A DNA stretch of 64,000 bases from Rubrobacteraceae bacterium (GCA_965214475.1 OZ243953.1:2238586-2302585), one strand, 5' to 3'; positions 1 to 9,396 are shown, counted from the stretch's first letter. The notes: generated from the sequence alone by a model not told the origin. A program made the numbers and translations.

Positions 1-435
1 GCCTGCCGGTACTTCGGTGGCGTATTGATCGGGGCGGCGAGTGGCGTAGAGAAAGACGAGTTGCTCTCGGAGCGCTACAGTCCTGTACCCGGCTACTGGG
101 ACGAATATCCTCTTGCGCCGGAGATAGACGAGGTCGCATCGGGTTCTTTCAAGCGCCGCCAGCCGCCGGAGATAGAAGGTTCGGGTTACGTGGTGCGTTC
201 TCTGGAAGCGGCGCTCTGGGCTTTCTGCAATAGTAGCTCGTTCGAGGGGGGATGCTTGATGGCCGTTAACCTGGGCGACGATACCGATACCACCGGCGCG
301 GTCTACGGCCAATTGGCGGGGGCTTTCTACGGCGCGGCAGATATCCCCGAACGCTGGTTGCGCACTATCTTCCAGAGGTCGAAGATCGAGGTCTACGCCG
401 AACGACTCTACGATCTACACCTGGAGACCGAGTAA
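1..435 (+). CDS. ADP-ribosylglycohydrolase family protein, C-terminal part (5' end outside the window)
   Basis: The frame is open from the window edge. It carries the C-terminal motif [20 protein letters not shown], typical of the ARH/DraG family. Confidence 0.8.
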   Translation, partial: ACRYFGGVLIGAASGVEKDELLSERYSPVPGYWDEYPLAPEIDEVASGSFKRRQPPEIEGSGYVVRSLEAALWAFCNSSSFEGGCLMAVNLGDDTDTTGAVYGQLAGAFYGAADIPERWLRTIFQRSKIEVYAERLYDLHLETE

Positions 436-671
436 AGTGACCGGCATCAATACTGTTTAGTAATTTGTGGTACAATACTCGTGTTGTCACTGTACCTCTA
501 CAAGGGGGCAAGGATCCGATGAGCAGGAAGACCGACTAACTAGCTGCAAGCACTGGCGTTGTGGCACGACCAGCGTTTGTCGCACGGGCTGGCGATCGCC
601 GACTCCTCACAGGAGCGGCTTCGCTAGCCCGATATTTTGTCTCCGAAGCTAATGTCAGGAAGGAAAACGCC

Positions 672-1175
672 ATGCAAAAAGATGAACGGATGACCGACAT
701 GGCGGGCGAACCGCGCGATGTGCGGGCTGAGGAGGAAAGTCTACAGTCCCGATCTGAAGATCCTTCTTGGAAGCAAGAACAGGAACTGGCCGCCGAACAA
801 AGTCGAGCCCAAAACGAGGAGCGGCGACTGGCCAAACAAGATGAGGCCCGTCGCGCCAAGCTCGCCGCCTGGGAGGCGTTTGTACGGACGGCGCATGAAG
901 ATCTGGAACTGCGTAGGAACGGTCAACTCGCCGGGCTGCTGGGCGAACCGCAACCAGGAGAGTCACCGGCTGCGTTGCAGCGTCTGGCCGCCGCAGACCA
1001 GCGTCAGGCGGAGGAAGAGCTAGTAACGCTGATGAGCGGCGGAAAAACTTTCTACAAACACATAAGAGAGCTTTCAGAAGAGGATATGCCTGCCCGAAGC
1101 GCAGCAGAGAGACTGCGTACGACGTGGCTCAAGGAGCGCCGGGACGGGTGGCTCGGTCCGGGGGGAAACCACTAG
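672..1175 (+). CDS. hypothetical highly charged (E/R/Q/A-rich, coiled-coil-like) protein
   Basis: ATG at 672 is preceded by AGGAAGGA. No family recognised. The longer start at 561 looks like a spurious extension. Confidence 0.5.
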   Translation: MQKDERMTDMAGEPRDVRAEEESLQSRSEDPSWKQEQELAAEQSRAQNEERRLAKQDEARRAKLAAWEAFVRTAHEDLELRRNGQLAGLLGEPQPGESPAALQRLAAADQRQAEEELVTLMSGGKTFYKHIRELSEEDMPARSAAERLRTTWLKERRDGWLGPGGNH

Positions 1176-1217
1176 TAAGCCTCCCCGGAAACTTGGCAGA
1201 CATCAGGGACAATCTCC

Positions 1218-2192
1218 TTATGACACAGTCTGAGGCGTCAGCGCTCGTATAGGTTCGGCGAGTTCGTCGGCGAAGAAGTCGAAGAACCCGTCCGGGTCCG
1301 GGCCGGCGTTTATAAGCGCCAGGTGGTCGAAGCCGGCATCCACGAACTGCTGGGCGACGGTGAGGTGCTGTTCGACATCTGGTCCGCAGGCGAACGTTCC
1401 GGCTACATCCTCCTCGGTGACGAACGAGGTTGCGGCCTCGAAGTTGACTGGGTTGGGCAATTCCGCGAGGACCTTCCAACCCATAAGGCCGAAGCGAAAT
1501 TTCTCGTGGGCCGAACTAACGGCATCATCCTCGTTGGGCGCCCAAGAGAGTGGCACTTCGCCGTATTTGGGACCGTTTCCACCGGCTTCTGCGTACGCGT
1601 TCGTAAGATCCGGCCTAGGCTCCGTGGTGAAGATGCCGTCTCCCAGTTCGGCTGCGAGGCGGGCCGATGAAGGTCCGCCGATCGCCACGGCGATGCGCGG
1701 CGGCGTCTCCGGCAGGTCAAAGACTCGGGCGTCCTCAAGTGTGAGATGCTTGCCCTCATAAGAGTGGTAGCCGCCGGACCATAGTAGACGGATGATCTCT
1801 AACGACTCGCGGAACATTTCATGTCGCACGCCCACCGCCGGCCAACCGTGCCCGACGATGTGCTCGCTGAGCTGCTCGCCGGCCCCGACGCCCAGGGTGA
1901 AACGTCCTTCGGAGAGCAGTGCTGTCGTGGCCGCGGCCTGGGCGATTATGGCCGGATGGTAGCGGATAAAGGGACAGGTGACGCCGGTGGCGAGTTCGAT
2001 GCTCTCCGTGCGGGCCGCAGCAGCAGCCAGCATGGACCAGACAAAGCCGGAGTGGCCCTGGCTGTCGAACCACGGGTGAAAGTGGTCGCTGACCTCGACG
2101 AAATCAAAACCGACCTCCTCGGCGCGCACGGTCTGTCGTACTATCTCCTGGGGAGAGTAAATTTCCGCGGCCAGCTTGTAACCTATTTTCAT
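1218..2192 (-). CDS. LLM-class F420-dependent oxidoreductase (F420-dependent G6P-dehydrogenase-related subgroup)
   Basis: Product starts MKIGYKL and contains VSDHFHPW and GVGAGEQLSEH, the luciferase-like fold pattern. ATG at 2192 has a GGAAGGA RBS. Confidence 0.85.
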   Translation of the reverse strand: MKIGYKLAAEIYSPQEIVRQTVRAEEVGFDFVEVSDHFHPWFDSQGHSGFVWSMLAAAAARTESIELATGVTCPFIRYHPAIIAQAAATTALLSEGRFTLGVGAGEQLSEHIVGHGWPAVGVRHEMFRESLEIIRLLWSGGYHSYEGKHLTLEDARVFDLPETPPRIAVAIGGPSSARLAAELGDGIFTTEPRPDLTNAYAEAGGNGPKYGEVPLSWAPNEDDAVSSAHEKFRFGLMGWKVLAELPNPVNFEAATSFVTEEDVAGTFACGPDVEQHLTVAQQFVDAGFDHLALINAGPDPDGFFDFFADELAEPIRALTPQTVS

Positions 2193-2325
2193 TTGGTTCC
2201 TTCCTGAAATCGGTAGTGTTGCCTGCAAGAAGACGATAGAGTTAGCTACTATTGACGTAGCATTTTGTTTCTACCACTAGAAGGATAGATCCAAACTGCG
2301 GAGATTTCGAACGGAATAAGCCCCC

Positions 2326-2613
2326 GTGAGCTTAGAGAGGTATAAGGTGAATTACTCGGAGGATACATCATAAGAACTCCCCAAGTTCCAGCGAATAGTA
2401 GCCAGCTTCACCTCTGAGCACGGGACTGAGGCGTCGATTTGGACTCGTCTTCTCGACCTCTCCTCAGAAGTCGGCGACGTTTTCTTCTCTCTCTTCTGCC
2501 TCGCCAACAACACCGACGTAAACCTGGGGGCAGCTCTGCAAGGGGCGCTAGACAATTACGAAGAGCGGCTCCGGTGTGGAGACGACGCGGGCTTGGGAGG
2601 CCAGAGCAGTTGA
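2326..2613 (+). pseudogene. MazG/YpjD-like nucleotide pyrophosphohydrolase remnant with in-frame TAA at 2371-2373
   Basis: Manual translation gives VSLERYKVNYSEDTS*ELPKFQRIVASFTSEHGTEAS...LLDLSSEVGDVFFSLFCLANNTDVNLGAALQGALDNYEER. The second half matches the E-x-GDvlF-l-clAN-idL MazG motif. Its stop TGA (2611-2613) overlaps the TTG start of the next gene. Confidence 0.4.
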
Positions 2614-3326
2614 GCCAGAACCTGAACGGCAAAGTGGCGCTCGTCACCGGGGCAGGAGGACGAAAAGGTATCGGCGCGGCCATCTGCCGGGCGCTCGCCG
2701 CCCACGGCGCGGACGTGCTCTTTGCCTACTGGAAAGACTACGACCGCGAGATGCCCTGGAACGCGGACGAAGAAGTTCCGGAAGTTTTGTTGGAAGAGCT
2801 ACGAGGGTCGGATATTCGGGCGGAAGCGATGGAGGTGGATCTCTCCTTCCCGGAATCTCTAGAACAACTGCTTGACGCGACCGAGGAATGTCTCGGCCCG
2901 CCTTCCATACTCGTAAACAACGCGGCGTATTCTACCCATGACGGCTTCGAAAACCTGGATGCCCCCACCCTTGATGTCCACTACGCCGTCAATTTGCGGG
3001 CCACCGCACTGCTGTGTACCGGTTTTGCCCGACGTTACCCAGACGGACCGGGAGGCAGGATCGTCAACATAACCTCCGGGCAATCGCTCGGGCCAACGGT
3101 CGGAGAGTTAGCTTACGCTGCCACCAAAGGCGCCGTCGAAGCTCTCACCGTAACGCTCGCCGCCGAAGTCGGGCACAAGGGCATCACCGTAAACGCCGTA
3201 AACCCTGGCCCAACGGACACTGGCTGGATGACGGAAGACCTGCGGCGGGAATTAGCGCCGAAGTTTGTTGCCGGACGGGTCGGGGAGCCGGAGGATGCGG
3301 CACGACTCGTGGCGTTTCTGGCTTGA
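2610..3326 (+). CDS. SDR family oxidoreductase (3-oxoacyl-ACP reductase-like), ended by a premature in-frame TGA; homology continues to 3389
   Basis: TTG at 2610 follows GGGAGG. The TGAGGRKGIG Rossmann motif is present. After TGA at 3324-3326 the same frame reads EEAAWITGQIINSEGGFLRE*, the canonical SDR C-terminus. Confidence 0.85.
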   Translation: MSQNLNGKVALVTGAGGRKGIGAAICRALAAHGADVLFAYWKDYDREMPWNADEEVPEVLLEELRGSDIRAEAMEVDLSFPESLEQLLDATEECLGPPSILVNNAAYSTHDGFENLDAPTLDVHYAVNLRATALLCTGFARRYPDGPGGRIVNITSGQSLGPTVGELAYAATKGAVEALTVTLAAEVGHKGITVNAVNPGPTDTGWMTEDLRRELAPKFVAGRVGEPEDAARLVAFLA

Positions 3327-3600
3327 GAGGAGGCGGCCTGGATCACCGGCCAGATCATCAACTCCGAGGGCGGCTTTCTCCGCGAGTGAAGCAGATCTCT
3401 GGTTCGTGCGTTACCGTATCCAGGTCATGGAAGAAACCAGGAACCGTACCCCAAACTTTTTCAAGAACCTGCCGGGTTGGTGGGTATCTTCGGGGAGTGT
3501 CCACGCTACTTTTTATCCCGATGGCCGAAGCGCGGAAATCTCCAGGCATCTATGCTTCTCCGACATACAAAGAGACCAGTCCGTTCGGAGGGGCGTATTT

Positions 3601-5007
3601 ATGAGGTTTGATCACAAACAATCGGGACCGAACGAAGTTTTCACAAAGAACGGCGATCCATATGAGCACTACCGGCCCGTGCTAAAGGAGATCCGGGAAA
3701 TGGGCGCCGCTGAATGGGATCGCCGGACAAAAAAGGCCCACGAGCAGCTTCTCGAAGAGCAGCGCGGATTCGGCATCACCGACGGCGACAAAACCCACCC
3801 AATAGACTACCTGCCACGTGTGATCCCGGCCTCCGACTGGGAGAGGCTTGAGCGCGGCACGGCCCAGCGAATGCGCGCCATCAACGAGTTCCTACTCCAC
3901 CTCGAAGCCGGAAAAGAAGAGATCGTCCCAAAAGAAGTCATAGCCTCCAGTACCCTCTACAACCCCGACCTCCCCACCCGATTCGGCAAAGTCCCCGCGC
4001 GCCAGGCCGGTTTCGACATCGTAGCCCTCGAAGGTGACGGTGGTTGGAACTACGTCTTTATAGAAGACAATATAAAGATGCCCATCGGCCTCGTCCCTAT
4101 GAGTCGCATGCGCGCCCGAACCGCCGAAGTATTGACTGAAAGTTATTCGAGACTCGGGGTTCGCCCGCTGGACGGTGTATTAGAGCGTCTCGGCGACGCC
4201 CTGCGAGCCGCCTCACCAGATGCCGAAGCGTCGCTCGCCATTCTCATTGATGGCCCCACCGATCAGTACTACCTCGACCACAACATACTCGCGAAAGAAA
4301 CCGGCGCGATACTGGCGGAGCGGCAAGAGTTGAATATGGAAGACGGATATCTAGTCTACAAGCCCACCGGCCAGAGGCTCGACGTTATCTACGAGCGCAT
4401 TGAGAAAGGACGTATTTACGATGACTTTCCCGATCTTATGCGATCCCACGCCGAAGGCAAAGTCCACGCCATCTTCCCGCCCAACGCGGACGCCGCCGAT
4501 GACAAGGGTGTCTACCCGTTCATCCCGGAAATGATTCAGACTTACCTCGGAGAAGACCCCATTATAGACAACGCCCAAACCTACTCTCTGGCCGTCGAAG
4601 ACGACTACCGCTACGTTATGGGCCATTTCGATGAACTGGTTATAAAAAGCCGCGCCGGCTGGGGCGGTAAAGACGTCCTCATCGCCCCTGACGAGTCGAA
4701 AGAAGACATCGAGGAGTTTCGCAAGCAGGTAGAGAAAGACCCCGTTCAGTACATCGCCCAAACTATTCTGGACTTCTCCACCCACGTCTTCTGCAACGCG
4801 GAAGGAGGCGAGTTCATCCTACGAGACTCCTACGCCGACTACCGGATGCAGGCCCTCTGTCCTGACCTGGACACCGTAGAAGTCGTCCCCGGCGTCCTCA
4901 CCCGCGTCGCCGGCATCGGTAGCCGCCTGGTAAACATCTCCAGCGGTGGCGGCATGAAAGACACCTGGGTGCTGGAAAGCTACCCTGGGCGATGCGTCGG
5001 CGCGTAA
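3601..5007 (+). CDS. circularly permuted type-2 ATP-grasp protein
   Basis: Product MRFDHKQSGPNEVFTKNGDPYEHYRPVL...IDYLPRVIPASDWERLERGTAQRMRAINEFL matches the CP_ATPgrasp_2 pattern. The 3265 start in the ORF track is an upstream extension. Confidence 0.8.
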   Translation: MRFDHKQSGPNEVFTKNGDPYEHYRPVLKEIREMGAAEWDRRTKKAHEQLLEEQRGFGITDGDKTHPIDYLPRVIPASDWERLERGTAQRMRAINEFLLHLEAGKEEIVPKEVIASSTLYNPDLPTRFGKVPARQAGFDIVALEGDGGWNYVFIEDNIKMPIGLVPMSRMRARTAEVLTESYSRLGVRPLDGVLERLGDALRAASPDAEASLAILIDGPTDQYYLDHNILAKETGAILAERQELNMEDGYLVYKPTGQRLDVIYERIEKGRIYDDFPDLMRSHAEGKVHAIFPPNADAADDKGVYPFIPEMIQTYLGEDPIIDNAQTYSLAVEDDYRYVMGHFDELVIKSRAGWGGKDVLIAPDESKEDIEEFRKQVEKDPVQYIAQTILDFSTHVFCNAEGGEFILRDSYADYRMQALCPDLDTVEVVPGVLTRVAGIGSRLVNISSGGGMKDTWVLESYPGRCVGA

Positions 5008-5399
5008 TCCAAACGGGCTCCCAGATTGCCCTCATCCAAGGCTAAGGGGATCAGCCACCGCAGGTTCGGGATGGTGTCCAGTGTTGGGATGTCGTCTACC
5101 GCCACCGTCACGACCGCTTCATCCTCGGCGCTGCACAATACGTCGAGATCTCCCCGGGCGGTGAAGAAATGCAGCCGATCCGCTTCCGTGGAAGCGATAC
5201 AGAACAACCGTCAATCTTCGATGCGCGCGCCGGCCTCTTCCTCGAACTCTCGCACCATGGCCGAGAGAGGGCTCTCGCCGGGTTCGACCTTGCCACCGAT
5301 ACCGTTGAGCCACCCGCGCTGCCACTCGGGCTTGAGCTTGCGGATCAAGGCGACCCTTTCGCCGCACTCTGAGAAGTAGAATCCTGCTACGTAGTCCAA
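4980..5399 (-). pseudogene. NUDIX hydrolase interrupted by in-frame TGA (5211-5213)
   Basis: Nudix box GGKVEPGESPLSAMVREFEEEAG is present. The ORFs 5211..5399 and 4980..5207 share one frame and are separated only by TGA plus CGG. Confidence 0.7.
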
Positions 5400-5474
5400 G
5401 GACCATCCTTTCTATGGTGTGTGTTTGTACCGGGAAGCTCTATGAAAACGAGTCGCCACAACGCCAAACTCTAC

Positions 5475-5951
5475 TCAGTTGTCGAGCAAACCATGCCTGC
5501 GGTGCCAGTCTTCGAGTGATTCGTCTGGGAATTCGGGGAAGTGGCGCTCATCGTTACTATCGGAGGGCTCGCTCCAGTTGGCGGCGTAGTTCAACATCAT
5601 GCGAACTTTCTCGGGTGGCTCTGGGAGCAGGGTATCCACGGCTGAGGCGAAGGGGTGAACCAGCTCTGGCCAGAGCGGATTGTAGACCCAGAGTGCGCTG
5701 CCGCACCTGCTGCAAAAGTACCACTGTGCCGGGCTGGGGTCGTGTTCGTCGTCTATCCGCGCCCGGTACACCGAAATGTTCTCTGATCCCTCTACATCCA
5801 GCGTCTCGTAGAGCGCGCCGAGGTTGATGGCGTAGCCTCCTCCGCCCGCCACCTTGCGGCAGATAGAGCAGTAACAGTAAAGGTATGGGTACGGTGATGG
5901 CGACTCGACCCGAAAATGAACGGACCCACAATGACAAGAACCTGCTAGCAA
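5475..5951 (-). CDS. GFA (glutathione-dependent formaldehyde-activating / CENP-V-like) family protein
   Basis: Zn-Cys pattern GSCHCGSV...YCYCSICRK...FCSRCGSALW. The TTG at 5951 sits 9 nt after GGGAGG and is preferred over the 5993 GTG. Confidence 0.8.
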   Translation of the reverse strand: MLAGSCHCGSVHFRVESPSPYPYLYCYCSICRKVAGGGGYAINLGALYETLDVEGSENISVYRARIDDEHDPSPAQWYFCSRCGSALWVYNPLWPELVHPFASAVDTLLPEPPEKVRMMLNYAANWSEPSDSNDERHFPEFPDESLEDWHRRHGLLDN

Positions 5952-6023
5952 CGAAGTCGGCCTCCCGTGACGTGAACGCCCTCTGTCTACCACACGAGTC
6001 CGTGGACTTCAGGCTTATGGAGG

Positions 6024-6449
6024 CTACTCCTCGGTGTTCTCCATCCCCTGCTGGAAAGCGTTCCAGGCCAGGGTGGCGCACCGGATGCGGGAAGGGTACT
6101 GGATGATGCCTTTGAGTGCCGCGAGCTCGTCATCATCGGGGAACTCTTTATCGCCGGTCATCATGTCTTTGAAGCCTTTGATCTCCGCCTCTATCTCCTC
6201 GCGGCTCTGGCCTCTTAGTCGCTCGGTCATCATCGAGGCTGATGCCTGGCTTATGGAGCAGCCCCGCCCACTGAACTTCACGTCGGCCACTTTGTCACCG
6301 TCGAAGACGGCGTATACGGTTACCTCGTCGCCGCAGAGGGGATTCAACAGATGCTCTTCGAGGTCGGCGTTTTCCAACTCGCCCTTGTTACTGGGGCGAT
6401 GGTAGTGGTCCATGATGATCTGGCCGTATAGCTCGCGCATCATGTTCAT
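6024..6449 (-). CDS. sufU: Fe-S cluster assembly sulfur-transfer protein SufU
   Basis: Motifs NPLCGDEV and GRGCSISQASASMM. Sits downstream of sufS with a 4-nt overlap. Confidence 0.9.
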   Translation of the reverse strand: MNMMRELYGQIIMDHYHRPSNKGELENADLEEHLLNPLCGDEVTVYAVFDGDKVADVKFSGRGCSISQASASMMTERLRGQSREEIEAEIKGFKDMMTGDKEFPDDDELAALKGIIQYPSRIRCATLAWNAFQQGMENTEE

Positions 6450-7675
6450 TTTACGAACGACCCGAAGAACTCGCGGGCGCTTTCGATGGCTCCGACCAGC
6501 GCGTCTACTTCTTCCTCCGTGTTATAGAGATAGAAACTCGCCCGCGCTGTAGCCACGGTGCCTAAGCGGCGCATCAGGGGCTGGGTGCAGTGGTGGCCGC
6601 TCCTTATGGCAATGCCCTCATCGTTCAAAAGTTGTGACAGGTCGTGCGGATGTACGTCCGGCAGCGAGAAGGAGACGAGGCCTGTTCGATCCCTCGCGGG
6701 ACCATAAAGTATTATGTCTTCGATTTCGGAGAGACGCTGGTAAGCGTACTCACCGAGCTTCTTCTCGTGCTCGCGGACGTTCTCCATGCCGAGGTCATTG
6801 AGATAATCTACCGCCGCGCCAAGCCCGATGGCCTGGGCGATGTTCATGGTGCCGGCCTCGAACTTGTATGGGAGATTGTTCCAGGTCGAGTGGTCGAGGT
6901 AGACCTCCCGGATCATCTCCCCGCCACCCAGAAACGGATCCATCTCATCTAGGATTTCCGGTTTACCCCAGAGAATGCCGACGCCCGTAGGCCCGAGCAT
7001 CTTGTGCCCGCTGCACGCGAAGAAGTCGCAGCCGAGTTCCCGCACGTCAACCGGCAGATGCGGCGCGCTCTGGGCTCCGTCCACCAGCATGAGGGCGCCG
7101 TTTTCGTGCGCCAGCTCCGCCAATCGCTCGACCGGGTTGATGGTGGCGAGGACGTTCGAAGCGTGGATGCAGCTTACAAGCTTTGTCTTCGGCCCGATCA
7201 GGTGCTCAGCTTCTTCCATGTCGAGTGTACCGTCTTCGAGGATAGGGATAAAGCGCAGCGTCACGCCGGTCATCTGTGCGGCGAGCTGCCAGGGAACGAG
7301 GTTCGAGTGATGCTCGGCCTCGGTCAGGACGATCTCGTCGCCCTCGTTCAGGTTCTTGTGACCCCAGGCGTAGGCGACGAGGTTTATGGACTCGGTAGTG
7401 CCACGGGTGAAGATGAGGCTCGCGGAGTTCAGCGCTCCTAGAAAACGTGCCACTTTCTCCCGCGCCTCCTCGTAGGCCGCCGTCGCCTCTTCGGCAAGAA
7501 GGTGGGCGCCACGGTGTATGTTGGCGTTGTGTTGTTCGTAGTAGCTGGTGAGGGCTTCGATCACTTGCCGAGGCTTCTGCGAGGTCGCGGCGTTATCCAG
7601 GTAGACGAGTTTCTTATCACCGATCCTACGTTCCAGGATCGGGAAGTCCTGGCGAACCTTCTCTACGTCGTACAC
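6446..7675 (-). CDS. sufS: cysteine desulfurase SufS
   Basis: Motifs DFPILERRIGDKKLVYLDNAATSQKP, SGHKMLGPTG and RSGHHCTQPL. The GTG at 7675 follows GGAGG; the maximal ORF reaches 7708. Confidence 0.9.
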   Translation of the reverse strand: MYDVEKVRQDFPILERRIGDKKLVYLDNAATSQKPRQVIEALTSYYEQHNANIHRGAHLLAEEATAAYEEAREKVARFLGALNSASLIFTRGTTESINLVAYAWGHKNLNEGDEIVLTEAEHHSNLVPWQLAAQMTGVTLRFIPILEDGTLDMEEAEHLIGPKTKLVSCIHASNVLATINPVERLAELAHENGALMLVDGAQSAPHLPVDVRELGCDFFACSGHKMLGPTGVGILWGKPEILDEMDPFLGGGEMIREVYLDHSTWNNLPYKFEAGTMNIAQAIGLGAAVDYLNDLGMENVREHEKKLGEYAYQRLSEIEDIILYGPARDRTGLVSFSLPDVHPHDLSQLLNDEGIAIRSGHHCTQPLMRRLGTVATARASFYLYNTEEEVDALVGAIESAREFFGSFVK

Positions 7676-7682
7676 AACTTTC

Positions 7683-8033
7683 CTACCTCCTGCGGCGCCG
7701 GCCCCCAACCTTGACCTGCTTCGGGTTCAGCGCCACGTAGATGTTGCCGTCCTCGACTTTTACCTCGTGCTTCGGCACCGGCTTTACGGCGGGAAGAGAT
7801 TTTGCCTCTCCGCTCTCTACGCCGAATGTTGCGCCGTGGAGCGGGCACTTGATCCGGTCTCCCTCCAGCCCACCTTCCGTAAGATGGGCGAACTGGTGGG
7901 TGCAGATGTCCTCGAAGGCGTGGAATTCGCCGTCCACATTGCACAGGGCGACTGGTCGCCCCTCGACCGTATATTGCTTCGCTTCACCGGGGGCGACCTC
8001 GCCTGCGGTGGCTATCTTGTGGAACTCGGCCAC
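7683..8033 (-). CDS. Rieske (2Fe-2S) ferredoxin-type protein embedded in the suf operon
   Basis: Rieske motifs CTHQFAHL and CPLHGATF. Confidence 0.85.
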   Translation of the reverse strand: MAEFHKIATAGEVAPGEAKQYTVEGRPVALCNVDGEFHAFEDICTHQFAHLTEGGLEGDRIKCPLHGATFGVESGEAKSLPAVKPVPKHEVKVEDGNIYVALNPKQVKVGGRRRRR

Positions 8034-8034
8034 C

Positions 8035-9396
8035 CTACGCTACACGCTCCTCGAAGCCTAGCCCGATCTTACCTTCGATGGCGCGGTCCAGCTTCTCCTT
8101 AAGTCCCTTGAGCGGGATGCGGCTCGTTACCTCGCCGAAGAAGCCGAAGACGACGAGCTTCTCGGCCTCGACGCGCGGGATGCCGCGGCTCATCAGGTAG
8201 AAAAGCTCAACCTCATCAACCTGTCCGGTGGTCGAGCCGTGGGAGCACTTAACGTCGTCGGCCTGTATCTCCAGGCGCGGAAGGCTGACCGCCATCGCGT
8301 CGTCGGTGCCGAGGATGAGGTTCCGGTTCGTCTGGTACGCGTCCGTCTTCTGGGCGCCGGGCTCTACCCGGATCAGGCCTGAGAAGACCGCGAGTGACTC
8401 GTCGCGTAGCGCGCCTTTGTAGAGCAGGTCCGAATGCGAGTTTGGCGCCAGGTGATCCTGGAGCGTATGGTGGTCCAGCACCTGCTCCTCGTCGGCGAAG
8501 TACAGTCCGAGCATTTCGGAGTCGCTGCCGGCCTCGGTGAGTCCGGCCTCCACGTTCGTGCGCGATAGTTCGGAGCCGAGTGCCACGACGAGGCTATTGA
8601 TAGTCGAGTCCTTGCCCGCTGAGGAGCGGATGGTGTTGAAGTGGAGCACGTTCCTCTCCCAGTTCTGGAGCGAAATGTAGCGCAGGTTTGCGCCCTGTCC
8701 GACGAACAGTTCCACGGCCCCATTCGAGAGGACGGGCTCCTCTCCGGTCGCCGAGGCGTACTCGTCGATGTACGTCACCGACGCGCCTTCTTCGACCACG
8801 ACGAGGGTGCGCGGCGTAATGGAGTCGGCGCCATCGAGCCACCTATAACTCTGGATCGGTACCTCCACGTCAACCCCGCGCGGCACGTACAAGAACGAAC
8901 CCCCGGAGAAGATTGCTGCGCTGAGGGCGGCGAACTTGTCGTAGTCTTCCGGCACGAGCCCGAAGAGATGCTCTTTTACGATCTCCTCGTGCTCTTCGAG
9001 CGCCGCGTGAAGGTCGGTCAGGACGACGCCTTTTTTCGTTAGTTCCTCGTCGATCCTGGTGTAGGTAGTCTCGGAGTTGTGCTGAACGATGAGGGCGGAA
9101 TTCTCCTCGCCCTCTTTTATTAGCTGCTGTACGGCGTCCGGTAGCTCGGACTCGCTTTCTACGTCCGGGCTCGGGGTGTAGGCAGCGAAGTCCTCGACGT
9201 TCACGTCCGAGATGTCCGTGTAGCGCCAGGCCTCGTCGCGCATCGTCGGCATCGGTAGCTTTTGGAACGTCTGCCAGGCGTGTAGCCGCTTCTCCGTGAG
9301 CCAGCCGGGCTCGTTCTGCAGCGAAGAGAGCGCCTTGACCGTCTCTTCGCTGACTCCCTTGTTCTTCAAAACCTCCGGCACGCCGTTCGCGCTCAT
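8035..9396 (-). CDS. sufD: Fe-S cluster assembly protein SufD
   Basis: SufB/D family C-terminal pattern ([32 protein letters not shown]). ATG at 9396 has a GAGAAAGG RBS; the maximal ORF starts at 9417. Confidence 0.9.
   Translation of the reverse strand: MSANGVPEVLKNKGVSEETVKALSSLQNEPGWLTEKRLHAWQTFQKLPMPTMRDEAWRYTDISDVNVEDFAAYTPSPDVESESELPDAVQQLIKEGEENSALIVQHNSETTYTRIDEELTKKGVVLTDLHAALEEHEEIVKEHLFGLVPEDYDKFAALSAAIFSGGSFLYVPRGVDVEVPIQSYRWLDGADSITPRTLVVVEEGASVTYIDEYASATGEEPVLSNGAVELFVGQGANLRYISLQNWERNVLHFNTIRSSAGKDSTINSLVVALGSELSRTNVEAGLTEAGSDSEMLGLYFADEEQVLDHHTLQDHLAPNSHSDLLYKGALRDESLAVFSGLIRVEPGAQKTDAYQTNRNLILGTDDAMAVSLPRLEIQADDVKCSHGSTTGQVDEVELFYLMSRGIPRVEAEKLVVFGFFGEVTSRIPLKGLKEKLDRAIEGKIGLGFEERVA

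Noticed and set aside
591-600. GGCGATCGCC palindrome (HIP1-like)
   Set aside because: I noticed only this single occurrence in the window. HIP1-type elements are defined by high iteration, so there is no evidence here.
3265-3600. N-terminal 112-codon extension of the ATP-grasp ORF in the track
   Set aside because: The extension overlaps the SDR C-terminus in another frame and has no homology. The family N-terminus begins at MRFDHK (3601).
3324-5213. TGA codons at 3324 and 5211 as selenocysteine or programmed read-through sites
   Set aside because: The positions correspond to ordinary Ser/Trp-type positions, not redox-active Cys/Sec sites. I noticed no SECIS-like hairpin immediately downstream. 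Equivalent interruptions elsewhere use TAA and TAG.
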